Below are positions 9,120 through 17,319 of a DNA stretch of 58,867 nucleotides, one piece after another. Source of the DNA: a virus (lineage: Duplodnaviria; Caudoviricetes); IMG/VR virus record IMGVR_UViG_3300034062_004791, positions 1-58,867 of that record, one strand, 5' to 3'. Under the pieces are notes generated by a model. The model ran no database searches and was not told the origin of the DNA. It saw nothing but the letters and a program-made list of their open reading frames with translations. Made by a program: the position numbers and the translations under genes. Position 1 is the stretch's first letter; every line of letters begins with the position of its first letter.

Positions 9120-9581
9120 CTACCCGCTAATTTTTCTATGAGTCTGTTGAAATCCATTGTAATGATAAGTTGTAAATTTTCCAATGTAATGAGCATCCTT
9201 TGGTCTAGATACCATTACATAAGACACAATAATATTAGGCATAGAATTGTAATTAACCAGTTTTATTACTGGTTCTCCCTCATAATTTGGAATTGTTCTC
9301 CATGTACCCTCTCTTTGAAGTTTTTCATAAGCATAAGTAACCTTACAAAAAGGATAACTTTCTATCTTTACCATTGTTCTTGGGTGACTATTTGATTGCC
9401 AAATAGTCCCAATTTCAGGAACAGATTTCTTAGGGGGATTGAGGGTAGAAATTAGATCATTAATTTCATTTTCAGTAAGTCTATATTTTCCATTATCACT
9501 TTCATAATCACCATGACCGTCAAACATGTTAATTGCATCAAGAATAAATGCAATTTGATTTTGGTTTAGATTTAGGTCCAT
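9120..9581 (-). CDS. Hypothetical protein
   Basis: 153 aa below the promoter at 9605-9661. Confidence 0.7.
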   Translation of the reverse strand: MDLNLNQNQIAFILDAINMFDGHGDYESDNGKYRLTENEINDLISTLNPPKKSVPEIGTIWQSNSHPRTMVKIESYPFCKVTYAYEKLQREGTWRTIPNYEGEPVIKLVNYNSMPNIIVSYVMVSRPKDAHYIGKFTTYHYNGFQQTHRKISG

Positions 9582-9604
9582 TAGAGTTTGATGATTACTT
9601 GGAT

Positions 9605-9661
9605 AGTATAAAACAAAAAAGGCGCCCGTGAAGGCGCCATTGTGACAGTTTAAAAATTGTC
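9605..9661 (-). promoter_or_regulatory. Early promoter element with terminator-like stem-loop
   Basis: TATACT; A-run plus ggcgcc-cgtgaa-ggcgcc; gtgacagtt-taaa-aattgtc. Confidence 0.8.
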
Positions 9662-10540
9662 TTGGTATTCTTCCATTTCCTTTTCTTCTTTATCGGCAAT
9701 TTCAAGAATAGTCTTAGCAAGTAGTTTATGGCCAGAAAGTTCTGTATTCTGACTACCTTCACCACATTGAGGAATCCAACTACGACGAGTCATTTCCATA
9801 AACTTAATCATGAATGCGCCCTTCAATGCATCTGTGGTGAATTGTTTTGCATCTTCAATACGACCCTCTTTCACTAAAGATATAATTTCGGGGAGTGGGT
9901 TAATAAAACTTCTAAATTCAAAACTGGTAAAATATCTAATCCAGTGATTGATTCTAGGATTACTACTCAATAGAATATTATCAAGGAAATATGGCTCATT
10001 AATTTTATCTTGAACAATTTTAATAATTTCATCTACATCCCCTAGAACATCAGTGAATTTGTAGTAAATATATTCACCATTGATGTACTCTTCAATATCA
10101 TATTCTTTAATGAGATTGTCTACCACATCTTTTCGCATCATCACAAAATCAATAGAGACATTCTCTGGATTTCCAACATAAGAGGCATAGCGATTTTGAA
10201 TCTCAAGTCGGCCTTCTCGCATGGTCTCAAAAAGATTATCCACATCAAATCCCTCTCGTTTTACTGCGATATCATGATACTCATTCTTGCCAACTTCTTT
10301 TTCGATCAGCTTTTCTTTTAGGTTCTTGATAATTACTTCAAGACCAATACCACTATTATTTTCACCAGTACCATAATAATCATAATGACTATGGAATGGA
10401 ACCATCACCGGGGTATAAAAATGATTTGAATAGCAATGATTGGAACCAACAGAATTTTGTTCTAGGATAAAGACATAAACCGGGTCTCCAGCATGAATAT
10501 GCAAATTGGAAACTCCGCAAGTTTTGTTCCAACAGCCCAT
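9650..10540 (-). CDS. Conserved large-phage hypothetical protein
   Basis: 296 aa; MGCWNKTCGVSNLHI N-terminus; GGAG RBS. Confidence 0.85.
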   Translation of the reverse strand: MGCWNKTCGVSNLHIHAGDPVYVFILEQNSVGSNHCYSNHFYTPVMVPFHSHYDYYGTGENNSGIGLEVIIKNLKEKLIEKEVGKNEYHDIAVKREGFDVDNLFETMREGRLEIQNRYASYVGNPENVSIDFVMMRKDVVDNLIKEYDIEEYINGEYIYYKFTDVLGDVDEIIKIVQDKINEPYFLDNILLSSNPRINHWIRYFTSFEFRSFINPLPEIISLVKEGRIEDAKQFTTDALKGAFMIKFMEMTRRSWIPQCGEGSQNTELSGHKLLAKTILEIADKEEKEMEEYQDNF

Positions 10541-10570
10541 AATTAAACTCCTTTAATGTTTTTAATGTGA

Positions 10571-10780
10571 TTATTCAAAAGTTGGCATAGGATGCCAATG
10601 GGTAGGGGGAAACGGATGGGGCCATCGAGCAAATTGCCCATTACTTTCTCGCCAAACATAATAGGCGTCCGTGGTATATGGGGCACCATTTGAGGTTACA
10701 ATTACATCCCTTGCAATAACTGCAAACATTTCAAATGGTTTCCTGTCTGTTCGTGCAGTTTCAATCGGTTGCCATTTCAT
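10571..10780 (-). CDS. DUF551-like protein
   Basis: WQPIETA...PTHWHPMP signature. Confidence 0.75.
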   Translation of the reverse strand: MKWQPIETARTDRKPFEMFAVIARDVIVTSNGAPYTTDAYYVWRESNGQFARWPHPFPPTHWHPMPTFE

Positions 10781-10807
10781 AAGAGGCGCTCCTTTATGTG
10801 TATGAGA

Positions 10808-10868
10808 GTATTATACAGCAAAAAAGGACCCTACTATCAGGGTCCTTGTGCCAGCTCATAAACCGTCT
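10808..10868 (-). promoter_or_regulatory. Early promoter element with stem-loop
   Basis: TATAAT; aggaccct-actatc-agggtcct; gtgccagct-cata-aaccgtct. Confidence 0.8.
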
Positions 10869-11184
10869 ACCAATCACCATAAAAAACATAATTGGTGTCA
10901 ATCACCGAAACTCCATACTCGCAAATATCAAGACTTTCCTCGATTTTATGAGCGGCAATCAGGGCGTCATCTTTGTTGTCATAAACCTCTGATTGACCCC
11001 AGATTGACTGCATATAGGCCCCGAGATTATAGGGTTGGTCTTGCATATACCAGTTCCAATTATCAATTGCTCCGGCCTCTGCGACTCGGTAGACTTTATG
11101 AGGTGCGCAAGAAACTCTTGCGATTCCTTCTTTTTTGAAAAAGCGAAAGGTCGAAAGAACATAAACGCCATTGTCAGCAGACAT
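10867..11184 (-). CDS. Conserved phage hypothetical protein
   Basis: MSADNGVYVL...YRVA...EYGV pattern; own promoter at 11211-11270. Confidence 0.8.
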   Translation of the reverse strand: MSADNGVYVLSTFRFFKKEGIARVSCAPHKVYRVAEAGAIDNWNWYMQDQPYNLGAYMQSIWGQSEVYDNKDDALIAAHKIEESLDICEYGVSVIDTNYVFYGDW

Positions 11185-11266
11185 GAGACCTCTTGGGTGG
11201 TTGTGACTTGATTATACAACGAAAAGGGCACCCGCGAAGGGGCCCTTATGCCGGTTTAGGAAGTGG

Positions 11267-11677
11267 TCACTTATCTACACTGAAGGTAGGAACTGGAGTT
11301 CCATCAAGGCCAATCGGAACCATAATCAACTTATTTCCTTTTTCAGAACCCTGTTCTAGGTTTTGAATATAAAGATATTGAAGATATTCTTTGTTGTCTT
11401 TGAGTGAGCCAGCAATAACCTGATTGGCTTTTGCTACACCCTCTGCACGAATAACTTCTGCATCAGCAAGTGCCCTAGCAGATTCTTTTTTGGCATTTGC
11501 TTCTTGAATTGCAATTTGACGATTATACTCGGCGCGAGCAAGTTCACTTTTTCCGGCAAGTGATTGGTTCTATATATTATATTGAGGAAGGCCAAATGCA
11601 AGACCACCAATAATTACCACTGCTCCGATAGCAAATAGGACCATACCAGAGTCAATAAAATCATTTTGTTGTTTCAT
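11267..11677 (-). pseudogene. Membrane-anchored coiled-coil (SPFH/band-7 C-terminal-like) gene interrupted by an in-frame TAG
   Basis: MKQQNDFIDSGMVLFAIGAVVIIGGLAFGLPQYNI*NQSLAGKSELARAEYNRQIAIQEANAKKESARALADAEVIRAEGVAKANQVIAGSLKDNKEYLQYLYIQ...; single TAG at 11570-11572; frame otherwise intact (136 codons). Confidence 0.8.
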
Positions 11678-11737
11678 AATTAATTTAAAATAAAGGAATA
11701 AAATTAGCTGAAAGTAAGTTTGTTAATTATTAGACTA

Positions 11738-12139
11738 TCACACTAGAGTACATTCATCGAAAGTAATCTTTGCATTAGCAACTTGCATTTGTCCATTATA
11801 AAAATACTTTTTCCATATGTCTTCACTGTCATCACCATCACCATAAAGAATAAAGAGAACTCCGTTAAATTTTTCAGAAACAGAAATCATATTCGTTTCA
11901 TGGTCATACCATTTACATTTATCTCCAAATGGGTTAAACCCAATAATATCTAAAACATCAGATTCAGTGACATAGTGATTTTGGTATTCTTTGTTGATAT
12001 CGCTGATTAGGCGGTTTTTTGTTGTTTCAGATAGATTAGAATCCTTAATTTCTTGAATTTCGGCCTCTTTGGCTTTTTTTCTTTCTGCTTGACCTTTGGA
12101 ATAATCAATTGTCAACTCATAGTAAGTGTTGTAGCCCAT
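11738..12139 (-). CDS. Conserved phage hypothetical protein
   Basis: MGYNTYY...KWYDH...LFILYGDGDD pattern; promoter at 12164-12222. Confidence 0.8.
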   Translation of the reverse strand: MGYNTYYELTIDYSKGQAERKKAKEAEIQEIKDSNLSETTKNRLISDINKEYQNHYVTESDVLDIIGFNPFGDKCKWYDHETNMISVSEKFNGVLFILYGDGDDSEDIWKKYFYNGQMQVANAKITFDECTLV

Positions 12140-12218
12140 AATGCTCCGATGAATTACTTTGTAAGTTTACTAGATGATTGTGTGATGGAGTGGGGTCCTT
12201 GTGACGGTTTGAGAAGTG

Positions 12219-12362
12219 TCACATAAACTCCATCATAAAATAATCAACAGTAATTCCACATTGCGAACAAAACTCTTCAACATCATCAGGCAGCGATTCC
12301 ATAATATTTGATGTTGCGAATCTTTCCCAGAGTTCGTAAAACTGGTCTTCAGAGAGAGTCAT
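12219..12362 (-). CDS. Small acidic protein (47 aa)
   Basis: MTLSEDQFYELWERF...GITVDYFMMEFM; the C-terminal motif is recalled from small cyanophage proteins. Confidence 0.65.
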   Translation of the reverse strand: MTLSEDQFYELWERFATSNIMESLPDDVEEFCSQCGITVDYFMMEFM

Positions 12363-12501
12363 TTAGATGATTCAAATGGTTTTGATAATACGCAATGTCA
12401 TCGAGAATAGAGTCTTTTATGTTTTGAGAATAATCAGGGTTATCCTCAATTTCCTTTTTTAATGATTCGATTTTTGTTTCTAAAAGAGTGAATTCGTCCA
12501 T
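12349..12501 (-). CDS. Hypothetical protein
   Basis: Start MDEFTLL at 12501; the longer ORF overlaps the tRNA. Confidence 0.55.
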   Translation of the reverse strand: MDEFTLLETKIESLKKEIEDNPDYSQNIKDSILDDIAYYQNHLNHLNDSL

Positions 12502-12518
12502 GTTGTTGGTTTGTTTAG

Positions 12519-12599
12519 TGTTCATCAAGAGATTTGAACTCTTATGGTTGCCCAGCAACATTTTCGATGTTGTGCGGATACCAATTCCGCTAGATGAAC
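12519..12599 (-). tRNA. Class II tRNA with Leu-type body and GAA anticodon; CCA not encoded
   Basis: GTTCATC TA GCGG AATTGGTAT CCGC A CAACA TCGAAAA TGTTG C TGG GCAA CCA T AAGAG TTCAAAT CTCTT GATGAAC A; all stems pair perfectly. Confidence 0.85.
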
Positions 12600-12604
12600 A
12601 AGAA

Positions 12605-12707
12605 ATTAATTTCCTGCTTCAACTCAGGAAATTAATAAAATACTCTTCCTTCCACAGACGAGTAAAAATTGTGTTAAGTGAAACGGAATCCGATAGATTT
12701 TTAACAC
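12605..12707 (-). ncRNA. Structured leader (three hairpins) ahead of the tRNA
   Basis: 12-bp perfect inverted repeat 12605-12616/12625-12636; tactc/gagta stem; gtgttaa/ttaacac stem 12671-12707; promoter box at 12748-12770. Confidence 0.5.
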
Positions 12708-12766
12708 CCCTTAAAGATAGCAGACTTATTGGCGGTTTTGGTGGTCAGTGGACAGTTTGTGGCCTG

Positions 12767-13012
12767 TCACGCGCTCAACTGTTTGATCTTCTCTCTAATC
12801 GCCCTGGCCCGGTCGAAATCTTTTTGTTTTAGGGCATCTTCTAAAGACTTTTGAAGGCTAGTAATCGCCGCGAAACTTGCCTCTTCGGTTAAATGATTTA
12901 ACCATTCTTCGGGCGCATTTTGTAGTGTTTTTAATGCAATCTCTTCGTCTCTAAAAACACCAGATTCCATGAGGATTTTTAGAATTTCTTCGGCTATTAG
13001 ATCGTTTTCCAT
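12767..13012 (-). CDS. Late protein with C-terminal UVR (UvrB/C-type) coiled-coil motif
   Basis: LEDALKQKDFDRARAIREKIKQL; ATAAATA late promoter upstream. Confidence 0.65.
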   Translation of the reverse strand: MENDLIAEEILKILMESGVFRDEEIALKTLQNAPEEWLNHLTEEASFAAITSLQKSLEDALKQKDFDRARAIREKIKQLSA

Positions 13013-13025
13013 GTTCACTATCTTT

Positions 13026-13037
13026 CTAAATATTTAT
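13026..13037. promoter_or_regulatory. Overlapping bidirectional T4-type late promoters
   Basis: ctaaatatttat gives CTAAATA on plus and ATAAATA on minus. Confidence 0.6.
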
Positions 13038-13045
13038 TTTAAAAG

Positions 13046-13126
13046 ATGACCCAACAATTACTAACAGGATTTTGCATAATCCTAATAGGCTCTTTAACCG
13101 CATATCTCATTAAAATCAGCCAGTAG
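13046..13126 (+). CDS. 26-aa single-TM peptide
   Basis: MTQQLLTGFCIILIGSLTAYLIKISQ, just downstream of CTAAATA and filling an otherwise empty gap. Confidence 0.5.
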   Translation: MTQQLLTGFCIILIGSLTAYLIKISQ

Positions 13127-13490
13127 GATAAACAAGAACTTGCTTGACTTCTTCTTGAGTCATATTTAGTCGTTTACCTAGAAGAAATGCCCGCTTCTTC
13201 CAGATCATAATAGCCTTTGTTAGCTGATTGACTTTTGCATGATTCAAAAAATGTGCCCGACGTTTTGCGATAATGAACAGCGTATTATATGCTTTCATGT
13301 CGTTAATTAGGTCTTGATGTTGATCAAGTTCCTTTTTAGAGATTTTGTTGAACATTTTGAAATAGACCTCTTTATAAGAAGTCAATTCGTCCAGGACCTT
13401 ATAAGTATCCTCTAGGGAGAGTTCTTCAAGATCATCGGCGGTAATATCTTGGGCAAAAATTTGGGAGAAATATGAAATCATAATGTGCAA
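13116..13490 (-). CDS. Hypothetical protein
   Basis: About 120 aa helical ORF; start uncertain. Confidence 0.7.
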   Translation of the reverse strand: MHIMISYFSQIFAQDITADDLEELSLEDTYKVLDELTSYKEVYFKMFNKISKKELDQHQDLINDMKAYNTLFIIAKRRAHFLNHAKVNQLTKAIMIWKKRAFLLGKRLNMTQEEVKQVLVYPTG

Positions 13491-13493
13491 AAT

Positions 13494-13517
13494 AAAAAAG
13501 GGGGCCTTTCGGCTCCC
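13494..13517 (-). terminator. Rho-independent terminator
   Basis: GGGAGCC-GAAA-GGCCCCC-T6. Confidence 0.8.
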
Positions 13518-13523
13518 TGTATC

Positions 13524-13643
13524 CTAGCACACAACGGTTTGCTTTTGCTGACGTAAGGTGGCGGTTTGGGCGGTTTTCAGGGCATTAGTTTTCCTGATGG
13601 TGGCCCGGATCAGATTAAGTTTGTTAATTGGGGTTTGAGACAT
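13524..13643 (-). CDS. Riboswitch-controlled basic peptide (39 aa)
   Basis: MSQTPINKLNLIRATIRKTNALKTAQTATLRQQKQTVVC; GGAG RBS; lies between the riboswitch and a terminator. Confidence 0.75.
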   Translation of the reverse strand: MSQTPINKLNLIRATIRKTNALKTAQTATLRQQKQTVVC

Positions 13644-13673
13644 GAGTTTTTCTCCAAAGAAACGGTTGAAAAT

Positions 13674-13723
13674 TGCGTTCCTTCGCTCTAAAGAGCTACT
13701 TCCGGCCAATTTGGCTGAACGAA
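13674..13723 (-). ncRNA. Glutamine riboswitch (glnA/Downstream-peptide family)
   Basis: TTCGTTCA-GCCAAATTGGC-CGGAAGTA-GCTCTTTAGAGC-GAAGGAACGCA: P1 CGTTC/GAACG, P2, E-loop GGAAGTA/GAAG, P3. Confidence 0.88.
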
Positions 13724-13731
13724 AGTTGTAT

Positions 13732-13738
13732 TATTTAG
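13732..13738 (-). promoter_or_regulatory. T4-type late promoter
   Basis: CTAAATA about 9 nt upstream of the riboswitch. Confidence 0.65.
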
Positions 13739-14061
13739 TCCTTGGCCCACCACCAAAGAAGACCAAGAATAGCCAATAACGGCACTGCAATATACCAATA
13801 AACAAACACCAAGTAGCCAACAACAAAAACAACACCTAACCAGAATTTTTCTTCAAAGGTTGTGTTGTCCTCATAAGATTGTCTAGGTTTTTCTTGGTAA
13901 TCATTACGTTCAGAAATTACTCTTAGATTTCTTATGTAGATTACGTTGTTCCATTGTGATTTAATAGTCTGTGTGGCAGTAGCACTAGACCCGGCAGTTA
14001 CAGTAACATCGAACGGCGTCCCCGAATCAGTAACTTTAATCTGAGCTTTCCAAACTGCCAT
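13735..14061 (-). CDS. Membrane protein with C-terminal TM helices
   Basis: Soluble N-domain and hydrophobic C-terminus. Confidence 0.75.
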   Translation of the reverse strand: MAVWKAQIKVTDSGTPFDVTVTAGSSATATQTIKSQWNNVIYIRNLRVISERNDYQEKPRQSYEDNTTFEEKFWLGVVFVVGYLVFVYWYIAVPLLAILGLLWWWAKD

Positions 14062-14507
14062 TATTCTTTCCCAAACACGAGGAACTTCTGATTGTGATTA
14101 TGAAAAACGATCTCATAATCATCTTTCAAATTGTCAATACTGATATCCCAGTCAATCCAAAGAAAAGACGGAAGATCTTCTAGACCATAATGCTTTATTG
14201 CAAAATCCTGAGGAGACTCATAAGCCCCATAAAACGTAGTATGGAGAAAATGAAATCCCGAAAAATAAGAAACAAGTTCGTCTAAGTCTAATTGAGACCC
14301 ATAAAGGTGATCGAAATCTAGATAATCGTCATAATAAGTAAGAAAATCTTCTTCTCCATACCTGTCAATAAAAGCCAGACAATCATCTGAGCAATAATCA
14401 ACCTCATCATACTCTTTCATTCGTTCGATTACTTCTGGTGAATAAAGCATTTCGTAATGAGTTCCATTAAGTCCCATAAATTTGTCCATCACTTTACAAT
14501 CTCCCAA
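14061..14507 (-). CDS. ArdA-like acidic anti-restriction protein
   Basis: Very D/E-rich; FYGAYESPQDFA...LPSFLWIDWD resembles the ArdA C-terminus. Confidence 0.6.
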   Translation of the reverse strand: MGDCKVMDKFMGLNGTHYEMLYSPEVIERMKEYDEVDYCSDDCLAFIDRYGEEDFLTYYDDYLDFDHLYGSQLDLDELVSYFSGFHFLHTTFYGAYESPQDFAIKHYGLEDLPSFLWIDWDISIDNLKDDYEIVFHNHNQKFLVFGKE

Positions 14508-14896
14508 CCAGCATATTCAACCTCATTATCGCCATCCATGTTGACGAATCCTTCCACCTCATATTTCCATTCCCTAAGAAGCTCTAGACCAGATTCATCA
14601 GTGTAGGCAAGCAATTCAATCCGACCTTCACATTCTTCTTCCTTATAATCAATAATCTGTCTCATGGCATCATAAATGCTATGGTAGATATATTGTGAAT
14701 CAAGAAATTCAATATCGTTATACATTCCAGTATATCCATAATAGCGAACAATAATCGCCTCAGGAGCAATCCCAGGAGAAAAAAGTCTGCGGTGGGTTGC
14801 ATTTACATGGGCCTGCCAGGCACTATTTTGGTGTACCAAATAACCAGGATAAAAATAAAACCCTGTGTTGTTGATGGTTTTTAGGTCGGAATTCAT
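14489..14896 (-). CDS. Hypothetical protein
   Basis: First gene after the promoter at 14921-14978. Confidence 0.7.
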   Translation of the reverse strand: MNSDLKTINNTGFYFYPGYLVHQNSAWQAHVNATHRRLFSPGIAPEAIIVRYYGYTGMYNDIEFLDSQYIYHSIYDAMRQIIDYKEEECEGRIELLAYTDESGLELLREWKYEVEGFVNMDGDNEVEYAGWEIVK

Positions 14897-15135
14897 TGGT
14901 GGGGTGAATTAACTGTTGATATTATAAAGACCCGACCGTGGTTCAGTCAGGCCTGATGTGACAGTTTATAAAGTGTCTCTAGTAGAAACTAAATTTCCAG
15001 CCTTTTTTAGTGGCCTCTTCGATTACTTGATCATTAGACCAATTGTAATCTTCGGTGCCCACAGTGATGCCGAAATTTTCCCATAAGAATTTTTCGGCAT
15101 CAATAATCATTGCCCTAGAATAATAACTTCTGGTT

Positions 15136-15354
15136 TCAGTGGTCATAATCGGTCTCATAGTAAGAAGAACAAACAATATCATCCCAATGTGATGGAATAG
15201 CCCTCCGAGAAAGAATCCGATTCATTTTAGAAATGGGGAATTCCATTGATTCATCATCGGTAATTAGCGAATCAATTTGACGTTTTTCGTTAAACGTCTT
15301 GGGATTTCGGAGAGCACACTTATTGAAAGAAGTGTTTCGGTGGGTGCGAGACAT
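15136..15354 (-). CDS. Small basic hypothetical protein
   Basis: MSRTHR...LRNPKTFNEKRQ...IPSHWDDI; promoter box at 15414-15433. Confidence 0.7.
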   Translation of the reverse strand: MSRTHRNTSFNKCALRNPKTFNEKRQIDSLITDDESMEFPISKMNRILSRRAIPSHWDDIVCSSYYETDYDH

Positions 15355-15448
15355 TGAACCTTGAGTGGGTGGTGTTATTGTATCTAGGAATTGAGTGGGC
15401 CTGTGTTTTGGGTGTGACAGTTTTTTATGTGTCTATTAGTGCGAATAT

Positions 15449-15808
15449 TTAGGAGGTGGTGTCATCGGGGAGTAGTTCTAGGGTGCGGCGGATGGTTTCA
15501 ACATGCTCTTTTAAGTTATCGTGGATAATGTATGATTTGAGCTGATCAACGGCATAGCCATCAATTACATCAAGAGCGTACAGTGCCTTCTCTTTTGTAC
15601 TGGGTGGCTTGGGTCGGAGTGCCTCCCTCATTCGGGAAAGTGAAAGCCCGTTGTCACCAGCATACCTAAGACACACATCTAGTTGTTGGTCGGCGCCCCA
15701 CTGGGCGGCGCAAGTGGCAATGTACCCCTCAGGGTCAATGTGTGGGGACTGATTTATCCACTTATCGACCAGCTCCGGCGGCGGCATGATCGGGTGTTGT
15801 TGAGTCAT
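15449..15808 (-). CDS. Conserved phage hypothetical protein in a GC-richer segment
   Basis: MTQQHPIMPPPELV...AAQWGADQQL; start at 15808. Confidence 0.75.
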   Translation of the reverse strand: MTQQHPIMPPPELVDKWINQSPHIDPEGYIATCAAQWGADQQLDVCLRYAGDNGLSLSRMREALRPKPPSTKEKALYALDVIDGYAVDQLKSYIIHDNLKEHVETIRRTLELLPDDTTS

Positions 15809-15831
15809 AATAATTCTCGTAGTGAAAATGT

Positions 15832-16077
15832 CTAGTGGGTTTGAGGTGTAATAAGCTCCCAAGCGTGAGGCCACTCAAGCAGGCAGCCGCAGTTAGGACA
15901 CTCAATCGAATAACAGGGGCGCATGGTTCCATCGCTATCAATTTCAAGCGAGTCTTCTTCAACCTCCTCTGTTAGCACTTGATCGCATTCAGGCATTCGA
16001 CCAGTTTCATCGATCCCAAAGAAGGGCATCCACGACTCAGCTCCGCATGTGGTTGTTAGTAAAAAAGTACGAGCCAT
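15832..16077 (-). CDS. Zn-ribbon-like hypothetical protein
   Basis: CPNCG motif; GGAG RBS. Confidence 0.65.
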   Translation of the reverse strand: MARTFLLTTTCGAESWMPFFGIDETGRMPECDQVLTEEVEEDSLEIDSDGTMRPCYSIECPNCGCLLEWPHAWELITPQTH

Positions 16078-16086
16078 TAGTCTCCT

Positions 16087-16248
16087 TCAATTAGATGATA
16101 GCAAACAAAAAACCTGAGCTGGCTTGTTGTCATAAAGCCTCTGACAGGCTTGCCACTTTTGAGGAATCCACCACCAAAGTGTTGCAATCATAATCAACAG
16201 CACTAAAATAGCAGCTCCAAACGTGGTGTAGTCATCAAGGTTTTTCAT
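16087..16248 (-). CDS. Small membrane-anchored protein (53 aa) with Cys pair
   Basis: MKNLDDYTTFGAAILVLLIMIATLWWWIPQKWQACQRLYDNKPAQVFCLLSSN; GGAGG RBS. Confidence 0.65.
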   Translation of the reverse strand: MKNLDDYTTFGAAILVLLIMIATLWWWIPQKWQACQRLYDNKPAQVFCLLSSN

Positions 16249-16299
16249 GGTCCTCCTGTATAATGTTGTTTACTCCCACATAATAACCCATAATCCCCA

Positions 16300-16677
16300 T
16301 CAGTCCTCTACCGAATGGTCAGTTTCAGAATCGTCCAGTCCTAAAAGCTCCAGGTCTTCTTTAACTTCTTCCCAAGTATAAGTTTTCACTTTACCTGTGT
16401 CAATATCATCAACCATCTGAAGTAAATATTCTAAAAACTCTTTAGGATGAACCTCATCCTCATTCAGAGAAGTCCAGAACCAGTCTCTACATTCTTCAAG
16501 AGGGTCATCATCTCTCATTAACGCATAATTGTCAAGATTATCTGTCATAAGGTCCGCCCAGATTCTAAAGTTCATTCTAAAAACCTGAACCCAGGTGGGA
16601 AGAACGTGAGTAAAAATGTACTCGGCCCATGACATTTTTGTTTTATTTTCCGTTCCTAAAATTGCCTTACTCATCAT
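16300..16677 (-). CDS. Conserved cyanophage-like hypothetical protein
   Basis: 125 aa; WADLM...DDPLEECRDWFW. Confidence 0.75.
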   Translation of the reverse strand: MMSKAILGTENKTKMSWAEYIFTHVLPTWVQVFRMNFRIWADLMTDNLDNYALMRDDDPLEECRDWFWTSLNEDEVHPKEFLEYLLQMVDDIDTGKVKTYTWEEVKEDLELLGLDDSETDHSVED

Positions 16678-16754
16678 CTTTTTGTTTCCCGTAATTAAAA
16701 CCGTAGTAAATGATATACAAATCTATCAGCACATTGAACCAATTAATTTCCATC

Positions 16755-16952
16755 TTAAAATCCCTTTGCTTTTTCCCTATGGTCTAACACTTCAACATAA
16801 TCTAAAAGTTCACTCGGGGTCTGAAACCAAGTTTGAAGTACGTCTTGATAATTATCGAATGTTCTTGTTTTTTTATTTATGAAATGGATTTTGTAGTCGT
16901 GACGTAAATAAGGCTCGTCTGATGTTTGTGTAAAGCTAATTGGATCGGTCAT
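16755..16952 (-). CDS. Hypothetical protein
   Basis: Start MTDPISF at 16952 with GGAG RBS, below a sigma70 promoter. Confidence 0.7.
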   Translation of the reverse strand: MTDPISFTQTSDEPYLRHDYKIHFINKKTRTFDNYQDVLQTWFQTPSELLDYVEVLDHREKAKGF

Positions 16953-16974
16953 GCTCCATCTGCTCTGGTGTCTC

Positions 16975-17003
16975 ATCTTAGCACGGGCCCGCCAATTTGT
17001 CAA
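16975..17003 (-). promoter_or_regulatory. Canonical sigma70 promoter
   Basis: TTGACA-17 nt-TAAGAT. Confidence 0.8.
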
Positions 17004-17043
17004 GCCCTAAAACCTATATAAATTAAGTTTATTCAAGGAGCCT

Positions 17044-17319
17044 ATGATTTCTATTAAAAAATTCTATTCAAACATAAAACTCGGTTGGTTATTAATTTTT
17101 GCCACCTTTACTTTGTGGAAAGATCACCTAAAATCCGAATCCACTTTTTGGGTTAATGGCATTTACTGTCTTGAGCAAGATCTATCCATGCCAACATTTA
17201 ATTGGTCAGATTATGAGTGTTTCATAAAAACCCAAAAGAAGCCAAGAGGTCGGGCAAAACCAAAATATCCAAACACAATTGCCGGGTTTTTAAAATGGCG
17301 TTCCGAATTTACTAAATAA
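17044..17319 (+). CDS. Hypothetical protein
   Basis: AAGGAG RBS; TATAAAT upstream; no competing minus-strand gene. Confidence 0.65.
   Translation: MISIKKFYSNIKLGWLLIFATFTLWKDHLKSESTFWVNGIYCLEQDLSMPTFNWSDYECFIKTQKKPRGRAKPKYPNTIAGFLKWRSEFTK

Noticed and set aside
12561-12567. Reading the tRNA as Ser(CGA)
   Set aside because: The perfect 5-bp stem CAACA/TGTTG fixes a 7-nt loop with GAA central, and A73 with A15:U48 is Leu-like rather than Ser-like.
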